Positions 55,101-64,000 of a stretch of 64,000 nt of DNA are shown here, in pieces. Both the position numbers and the translations under genes were made by a program. How positions within the stretch are numbered: the first letter of the stretch is position 1; each line of letters opens with the position of its first letter. Origin of the DNA: Eledone cirrhosa. Its lineage: Eukaryota. Location of the stretch: contig OZ024740.1 in NCBI GenBank assembly GCA_964016885.1, forward strand, positions 435,116,001 through 435,180,000, written 5' to 3'. The notes under the pieces are model-generated. The model saw only the letters and a list, made by a program, of their open reading frames with translations. It was not told the DNA's origin and made no database searches.

Positions 55101-58100
55101 TCCCACTGTCACTAACCCCATCTCTCTGTATGGTCCAAACAGGGAAGAGTAGAACTCCCACTGTCACCACCCCATCTCTCTGTATGGTCCAAACAGGGAA
55201 GAGTAGAACTCCCACTGTCACCACCCCCATCTCTCTGTATGGTCCAAACAGGGAAGAGTAGAACTCCCACTGTCACCACCCCATCTCTGTGTATGGTCCA
55301 AACAGGGAAGAGTAGAACTCCCACTGTCACTGACCCCATCTCTGTGTATGGTCCAAACAGGGAAGAGTAGAACTCCCACTGTCACCACCCCCATCTCTGT
55401 GTATGGTCCAAACAGGGAAGAGTAGAACTCCCACTGTCACCACCCCATCTCTGTGTATGGTCCAAACAGGGAAGAGTAGAACTCCCACTGTCACTAACCC
55501 CATCTCTGTGTATGGTCCAAACAGGGAAGAGTAGAACTCCCACTGTCACTAACCCCATCTCTGTGTATGGTCCAAACAGGGAAGAGTAGAACTCCCACTG
55601 TCACTAACCCCATCTCTGTGTATGGTCCAAACAGGGAAGAGTAGAACTCCCACTGTCACTAACCCCATCTCTGTGTATGGTCCAAACAGGGAAGAGTAGA
55701 ACTCCCACTGTCACCACCCCCATCTCTGTGTATGGTCCAAACAGGGAAGAGTAGAACTCCCACTGTCACTACCCCCATCTCTGTGTATGGTCCAAACAGG
55801 GAAGAGTAGAACTCCCACTGTCACTGACCCCATCTCTGTGTATGGTCCAAACAGGGAAGAGTAGAACTCCCACTGTTACTGACCCCATCTCTGTGTATGG
55901 TCCAAACAGGGAAGAGTAGAACTCCCACTGTCACTAACCCCATCTCTGTGTATGGTCCAAACAGGGAAGAGTAGAACTCCCACTGTCACCACCCCCATCT
56001 CTGTGTATGGTCCAAACAGGGAAGAGTAGAACTCCCACTGTCACCACCCCCATCTCTGTGTATGGTCCAAACAGGGAAGAGTAGAACTCCCACTGTCACC
56101 ACCACCATCTCTGTGTATGGTCCAAACAGGGAAGAGTAGAACTCCCACTGTCACCACCCCCATCTCTGTGTATGGTCCAAACAGGGAAGAGTAGAACTCC
56201 CATTGTCACCACCCCATCTCTGTGTATGGTCCAAACAGGGAAGAGTAGAACTCCCACTGTCACTAACCCCATCTCTGTGTATGGTCCAAACAGGGAAGAG
56301 TAGAACTCCCACTGTCACCACCCCATCTCTGTGTATGGTCCAAACAGGGAAGAGTAGAACTCCCACTCTCACCACCCCATCTCTGTGTATGGTCCAAACA
56401 GGGAAGAGTAGAACTCCCACTGTCACTAACCCCATCTCTGTGTATGGTCCAAACAGGGAAGAGTAGAACTCCCACTGTCACCACCCCATCTCTGTGTATG
56501 GTCCAAACAGGGAAGAGTAGAACTCCCACTCTCACCACCCCATCTCTGTGTATGGTCCAAACAGGGAAGAGTAGAACTCCCACTGTCACTAACCCCATCT
56601 CTGTGTATGGTCCAAACAGGGAAGAGTAGAACTCCCACTGTCACCACCCCATCTCTGTGTATGGTCCAAACAGGGAAGAGTAGAACTCCCACTGTCACTA
56701 ACCCCATCTCTGTGTATGGTCCAAACAGGGAAGAGTAGAACTCCCACTGTCACTAACCCCATCTCTGTGTATGGTCCAAACAGGGAAGAGTAGAACTCCC
56801 ACTGTCACTAACCCCATCTCTGTGTATGGTCCAAACAGGGAAGAGTAGAACTCCCACTGTCACCACCCCATCTCTGTGTATGGTCCAAACAGGGAAGAGT
56901 AGAACTCCCACTGTCACTAACCCCATCTCTGTGTATGGTCCAAACAGGGAAGAGTAGAACTCCCACTGTCACTAACCCCATCTCTGTGTATGGTCCAAAC
57001 AGGGAAGAGTAGAACTCCCACTGTCACCACCCCATCTCTGTGTATGGTCCAAACAGGGAAGAGTAGAACTCCCACTGTCACTAACCCCATCTCTGTGTAT
57101 GGTCCAAACAGGGAAGAGTAGAACTCCCACTGTCACCACCCCCATCTCTGTGTATGGTCCAAACAGGGAAGAGTAGAACTCCCACTGTCACTAACCCCAT
57201 CTCTGTGTATGGTCCAAACAGGGAAGAGTAGAACTCCCACTGTCACCACCCCCATCTCTGTGTATGGTCCAAACAGGGAAGAGTAGAACTCCCACTGTCA
57301 CTAACCCCATCTCTGTGTATGGTCCAAACAGGGAAGAGTAGAACTCCCACTGTCACCACCCCATCTCTGTGTATGGTCCAAACAGGGAAGAGTAGAACTC
57401 CCACTGTCACTGACCCCATCTCTGTGTATGGTCCAAACAGGGAAGAGTAGAACTCCCACTGTCACCACCCCCATCTCTGTGTATGGTCCAAACAGGGAAG
57501 AGTAGAACTCCCACTGTCACCACCCCATCTCTGTGTATGGTCCAAACAGGGAAGAGTAGAACTCCCACTGTCACTAACCCCATCTCTGTGTATGGTCCAA
57601 ACAGGGAAGAGTAGAACTCCCACTGTCACCACCCCCATCTCTGTGTATGGTCCAAACAGGGAAGAGTAGAACTCCCACTGTCACCACCCCCATCTCTGTG
57701 TATGGTCCAAACAGGGAAGAGTAGAACTCCCACTGTCACTAACCCCATCTCTGTGTATGGTCCAAACAGGGAAGAGTAGAACTCCCACTGTCACCACCCC
57801 CATCTCTGTGTATGGTCCAAACAGGGAAGAGTAGAACTCCCACTGTCACTAACCCCATCTCTGTGTATGGTCCAAACAGGGAAGAGTAGAACTCCCACTG
57901 TCACTAACCCCATCTCTGTGTATGGTCCAAACAGGGAAGAGTAGAACTCCCACTGTCACCACCCCATCTCTGTGTATGGTCCAAACAGGGAAGAGTAGAA
58001 CTCCCACTGTCACTAACCCCATCTCTGTGTATGGTCCAAACAGGGAAGAGTAGAACTCCCACTGTCACCACCCCCATCTCTGTGTATGGTCCAAACAGGG

Positions 58101-58856
58101 AAGAGTAGAACTCCCACTGTCACTAACCCCATCTCTGTGTATGGTCCAAACAGGGAAGAGTAGAACTCCCACTGTCACTAACCCCATCTCTGTGTATGGT
58201 CCAAACAGGGAAGAGTAGAACTCCCACTGTCACTAACCCCATCTCTGTGTATGGTCAAAACAGGGAAGAGTAGAACTCCCACTGTCACCACCCCATCTCT
58301 GTGTTTGGTCCAAACAGGGAAGAGTAGAACTCCCACTGTCACTGACCCCATCTCTGTGTATGGTCCAAACAGGGAAGAGTAGAACTCCCACTGTCACTGA
58401 CCCCATCTCTGTGTATGGTCCAAACAGGGAAGAGTAGAACTCCCACTGTCACCACCCCCATCTCTGTGTATGGTCCAAACAGGGAAGAGTAGAACTCCCA
58501 CTGTCACTAACCCCATCTCTGTGTATGGTCCAAACAGGGAAGAGTAGAACTCCCACTGTCACCACCCCATCTCTGTGTATGGTCCAAACACGGAAGAGTA
58601 GAACTCCCACTGTCACTAACCCCATCTCTGTGTATGGTCCAAACAGGGAAGAGTAGAACTCCCACTGTCACTAACCCCATCTCTGTGTATGGTCCAAACA
58701 GGGAAGAGTAGAACTCCCACTGTCACCACCCCATCTCTGTGTATGGTCCAAACAGGGAAGAGTAGAACTCCCACTGTCACCACCCCATCTCTGTGTATGG
58801 TCCAAACAGGGAAGAGTAGAACTCCCACTGTCACCACCCCATCTCTCTGTATGGTG
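49187..58856. repeat. 54/55-bp satellite CCCCATCTCTGTGTATGGTCCAAACAGGGAAGAGTAGAACTCCCACTGTCAC(CA/CAC/TAA/TGA)
   Basis: ~9.7-kb homogeneous tandem array. Confidence 0.98.
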
Positions 58857-58999
58857 AGCAAATGGGGTCCCACGTGCTGGCCTACCCGGTGGACAGAATG
58901 GAGAAGGTATTTCCCCGGAGGATGGTAAGGGAGTGGAACAGATTTAGAAAACTGTAGGTGGACTAGTGGTTGTATCGGTATAAGACAGCAGTACCTGTA

Positions 59000-59458
59000 A
59001 TACCCCAGTGAGTGGTAGGGGTGCTGTGTTACTCCACGGAGTGGTAGGGTGTGTGTGTTACCCCAGGGAGTGGTAGGAGTGGTGTGTTACCCCACGGAGT
59101 GGTAGGGGTGGTGTGTTACACCAGGGAGTGGTAGGGGTGGTGTGTTACCCCACGGAGTGGTATGTTACACAATGGAGTGGTAGTGGTGGTGTGTTACGCC
59201 AGGGAGTGGTAGGGGTGGTGTGTTACCCCAGGGAATTGTAGGGGTGGTGTGTTGCCCCAGGGAGTGGTAGGGGTGGTATTTTACCCCAGGGGGTGGTGTG
59301 TTGCCCCAGGGAGTCGTAGGGGTGGTGTTTTACCCCATAGGGTGGTGTGTTACCCCAGGGAGTGGTAGGGGTGGTGTTTTACCCCAGGGAGTGGTAGGGG
59401 TGGTGTTTTACCCCAGGGGGTGGTGTGTTGCCCCAGGGAGTGGTAGGGGTGGTGTGTT
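59000..59458. repeat. G-rich ~29-bp minisatellite TTACCCCAGGGAGTGGTAGGGGTGGTGTG
   Basis: Tandem repetition. Confidence 0.85.
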
Positions 59459-59519
59459 GATATATAGCTTTTCTAGGGCTTTAAAAAAACCGTCGTTGAG
59501 ACCAATCCTCTCCAAATCA

Positions 59520-59910
59520 ATAATAATTGTTTCTACTTTAGGCACAAGGCCAGCAATTAACCAGTGTATTACTGGTACTTTATGTTATCGACCCCGTAAG
59601 GATGAAAGGCAAAATGAACCTCGGCGGGATTTGAACTCAGATTGTAAAGGGACGTAACTCTGCTGGAAAGCATAGTGTCTGACTTGCTACCGATACTGCC
59701 AATCCACCAATAATAATGGTTTCTGATTTATACTGGCGGTGGGGAGAAAGTCAATTGATCCCAGTACATTACTGGGACTTTATTGACCCTGTAAGGATGA
59801 AAGGTAAAGCTACCCCCAGTAGGATCTGAAGTCAGAATGTAAAGGGCCGTAACTGTGCCACAAAGAATGTTGTTCAACACGCTACCGATTACAGCCTATT
59901 CATTGCCCTT
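59520..59910 (-). mobile_element. Two adjacent SINE family 1 copies
   Basis: 59520-59708 and an older copy at 59715-59910. Confidence 0.75.
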
Positions 59911-60384
59911 TATAATAATAGCTGATGTTGATATAGTTACTGTCTAGTCTTGTTAAATACTACAGTAGCTCATTGTACATGTACACACACACAGGCACAC
60001 ACACACACACACACACACAGACAGACACACCCTCCCACAGACACACACCCACACACACACACACACAGACAGACCCACAGACACACACACACCCCCACAC
60101 ACAACTCTTTAAACATGTCATTTATAGACAGTACAATACACAAAGGAATATTCTATATTTTTGTTGGCAAGGTATTCTTTATTTCCATTTTTGTAATTTC
60201 ATTTTTCTTTTACCATTTTCTATATATTTTAATAACTGTGAGTAGCTTCTTGTTCATGTTTTATTGTTGTTGTTAGAGTTGCTGTCCTAGAAGCAGGTGC
60301 ACTGGCATCCCTGCAGTGAAATTACATGTTGAAAACTAGGCCTTGCACATTTACAATACATAATTATTATGTAGAGATGCTCTT

Positions 60385-62142
60385 TCAACCTTCAACCTGC
60401 CGTTCTCTTGTCAACCTTCAACCTGCCGTCCTCTTGTCAGATCCTCTAGTCAACCTTCAACCTGCCGTCCTCTTGTCAGATCCTCTAGTCAACCTTCAAC
60501 CTGCCGTCCTCTTGTCAGATCCTATAGTCAACCTTCAACCTGCCGTCCTCTTATCAGATCCTCTAGTCAACCGTCAACCTGCCGTCCTCTTGTCAGATCC
60601 TCTAGTCAACCTTCAACCTGCCGTCCTCTTGTCAGATCCTATAGTCAACCTTCAACCTGCCGTCCTCTTATCAGATCCTCTAGTCAACCGTCAACCTGCC
60701 GTCCTCTTGTCAGATCCTATAGTCAACCTTCAACCTGCCGTCCTCTTGTCAGATCCTCTAGTCAACCTTCAACCTGCCGTCCTCTTGTCAGATCCTCTAG
60801 TCAACCTTCAACCTGCCGTCCTCTTATCAGATCCTCTAGTCAACCTTCAACCTGCCGTCCTCTTGTCAGATCCTATAGTCAACCTTCAACCTGCCGTCCT
60901 CTTATCAGATCCTATAGTCAACCTTCAACCTGCCGTCCTCTTATCAGATCCTATAGTCAACCTTCAACCTGCCGTCCTCTAGTCAACCTTCAGTCCTCTT
61001 GTCAGATCCTCTAGTCAACCGTCAACCTGCCGTCCTCTTGTCAGATCCTATAGTCAACCTTCAACCTGCCGTCCTCTAGTCAACCTTCAGTCCTCTTGTC
61101 AGATCCTCTAGTCAACCTTCAACCTGCCGTCCTCTAGTCAACCTTCAGTCCTCTTGTCAGATCCTCTAGTCAACCTTCAACCTGCCGTCCTCTTGTCAGA
61201 TCCTCTAGTCAACCTTCAACCTGCCGTCCTCTTATCAGATCCTCTAGTCAACCTTCAACCTGCCGTCCTCTTGTCAGATCCTATAGTCAACCTTCAACCT
61301 GCCGTCCTCTTATCAGATCCTCTAGTCAACCGTCAACCTGCCGTCCTCTTGTCAGATCCTATAGTCAACCTTCAACCTGCCGTCCTCTTGTCAGATCCTC
61401 TAGTCAACCTTCAACCTGCCGTCCTCTTGTCAGATCCTATAGTCAACCTTCAACCTGCCGTCCTCTTGTCAGATCCTCTAGTCAACCTTCAACCTGCCGT
61501 CCTCTAGTCAACCTTCAGTCCTCTTGTCAGATCCTCTAGTCAACCTTCAACCTGCCGTCCTCTTGTCAGATCCTCTAGTCAACCTTCAACCTGCCGTCCT
61601 CTTGTCAGATCCTATAGTCAACCTTCAACCTGCCGTCCTCTTGTCAGATCCTCTAGTCAACCTTCAACCTGCCGTCCTCTAGTCAACCTTCAGTCCTCTT
61701 GTCAGATCCTCTAGTCAACCTTCAACCTGCCGTCCTCTTGTCAGATCCTATAGTCAACCTTCAACCTGCCGTCCTCTTGTCAGATCCTCTAGTCAACCCT
61801 CAACCTGCCGTCCTCTTGTCAGATCCTCTAGTCAACCTTCAACGTGCCGTCCTCTTGTCAGATCCTCTAGTCAACCTTCAACCTGCCGTCCTCTTGTCAG
61901 ATCCTCTAGTCAACCTTCAACCTGCCGTCCTCTTGTCAGATCCTCTAGTCAACCTTCAACTTATCGTCCTCTTGTCAGATCCTCTAGTCAACCTTCAACC
62001 TGCCGTCCTCTTGTCAGATCCTCTAGTCAACCTTCAACCTGCCGTCCTCTTGTCAGATCCTCTAGTCAACCTTCAACGTGCCGTCCTCTTGTCAGATTCT
62101 CTAGTCAACCTTCAACCTGCCGTCCTCTTGTCAGATCCTCTA
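60385..62142. repeat. 39-bp minisatellite AGTCAACCTTCAACCTGCCGTCCTCTTGTCAGATCCTCT
   Basis: Tandem array with recurrent truncated units. Confidence 0.96.
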
Positions 62143-62149
62143 AAACAAC

Positions 62150-62295
62150 AAAGCATAGTTACATCCCTTTACGATCTGAGTTCAAATCCCGCCGAGGTTG
62201 ACTTTGCCTTTCATCCTTACGGAGTCGATAAAATAAAGTACCAGTAATGCACTGGGTAATTGCTGGCCTTGTGCCTAACGTAGAAACAATTATTA
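62150..62295 (+). mobile_element. SINE family 1, head truncated
   Basis: GAGTTCAAATCCCGCCGAGGTTGACTTTGCCTTTCATCC...CCTTGTGCCTAACGTAGAAACAATTA. Confidence 0.78.
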
Positions 62296-62380
62296 ACCTG
62301 TTACATTACAAACTATTTGATGTGCACTCTGAAAACAATGGCCAGTTATATGATATTGCAGCTGCTACCAACTGCTGACC

Positions 62381-64000
62381 TTATAATAACACTACTATAA
62401 TAACACTACTATAATAACACTACTATAATAACGCTACTATAATAACACTACTATAATAACACTACTATAATAACGCTACTATAATAACACTACTATAATA
62501 ACGCTACTATAATAACACTACTATAATAACGCTACTATAATAACGCTACTATAATAACACTACTATAATAACGCTACGATAATAACGCTACCATAATAAC
62601 GCTACCATAATAACACTACTATAATAACGCTACTATAATAACGCTACTATAATAACACTACTATAATAACGCTACTATAATAACGCTACTATAATAACAC
62701 TACTATAATAACGCTACTATAATAACGCTACTATAATAACGCTACTATAATAACGCTACTATAATAACGCTACTATAATAACGCTACCATAATAACGCTA
62801 CCATAATAACGCTACTATAATAACGCTACTATAATAACGCTACTATAATAACGCTACTATAATAACGCTACTATAATAACGCTACTATAATAACGCTACT
62901 ATAATAACGCTACTATAATAACACTACTATAATAACGCTACTATAATAACGCTACTATAATAACGCTACTACTATAATAACACTACTATAATAACGCTAC
63001 TATAATAACACTACTATAATAACACTACTATAATAACACTACTATAATAACACTACTATAATAACACTACTATAATAACACTACTATAATAACGCTACTA
63101 TAATAACGCTACTATAATAACACTACTATAATAACACTACTATAATAACACTACTATAATAACGCTACTATAATAACGCTACTATAATAACGCTACTATA
63201 ATAACGCTACTATAATAACGCTACTATAATAACGCTACTATAATAACACTACTATAATAACGCTACTATAATAACGCTACTATAATAACACTACTATAAT
63301 AACGCTACTATAATAACGCTACTATAATAACGCTACTATAATAACGCTACTACTATAATAACGCTACTATAATAACACTACCATAATAACGCTACCATAA
63401 TAACGCTACTATAATAACGCTACCATAATAACGCTACCATAATAACGCTACCATAATAACGCTACCATAATAACGCTACCATAATAACGTTACCATAATA
63501 ACGCTACTATAATAACGCTACCATAATAACGCTACTATAATAACGCTACTATAATAACGCTACTATAATAACGCTACCATAATAACGCTACCATAATAAC
63601 ACTACTATAATAACGCTACCATAATAACGCTACTATAATAACGCTACTATAATAACGCTACTATAATAACGCTACCATAATAACGCTACTATAATAACGC
63701 TACTATAATAACGCTACCATAATAACGCTACCATAATAACGCTACCATAATAACGCTACACACGCTACCATAATAACGCTACCATAATAACGCTACCATA
63801 ATAACACTACTATAATAACGCTACTATAATAACGCTACTATAATAACGCTACTATAATAACGCTACCATAATAACGCTACCATAATAACGCTACCATAAT
63901 AACACTACCATAATAACGCTACTATAATAACGCTACTATAATAACGCTACCATAATAACACTACTATAATAACACTACTATAATAACGCTACTATAATAA
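62381..64000. repeat. 14-bp minisatellite ATAATAAC(A/G)CTAC(T/C)
   Basis: Tandem array running off the window end. Confidence 0.96.

Noticed and set aside
49187-58856. CRISPR-like or coding array
   Set aside because: No unique spacers, no cas genes, eukaryotic context, frames broken by 54/55-bp alternation
60326-62247. SDPLVNLQPAVLL repeat protein
   Set aside because: 39-bp minisatellite interrupted by stop-containing truncated units

Overview
Repeat-dominated eukaryotic (animal) genomic DNA. The SINE, RTE and (TA)n landscape suggests an octopod cephalopod, but that is an inference. I see no host protein-coding exon. The window holds: (i) three subfamilies (here A, B, C) of RTE-clade non-LTR retrotransposons with (GAT)n tails, including one open 993-aa APE+RT ORF and a copy inserted into a copy of its own family; (ii) two tRNA-derived SINE families; (iii) a Penelope-like (PLE) GIY-YIG fragment; (iv) long minisatellite arrays (36/39, 45, 54/55, 39, 14 bp) and (TA)n tracts that produce most ORF-track entries as artefacts. 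The main hidden signal is about ten type I hammerhead ribozyme motifs, read by eye on both strands. They have palindromic (dimer-type) stem III, some have U3:A8 variant cores or very long stem II, and they sit in mostly unrelated short ORF-less cassettes, often with inverted repeats, within or beside (TA)n. They look like a diverse set of PLE pseudo-LTRs or retrozyme-like non-autonomous elements. All folds were paired by hand, nothing was computed, and coordinates are approximate to a few bases.
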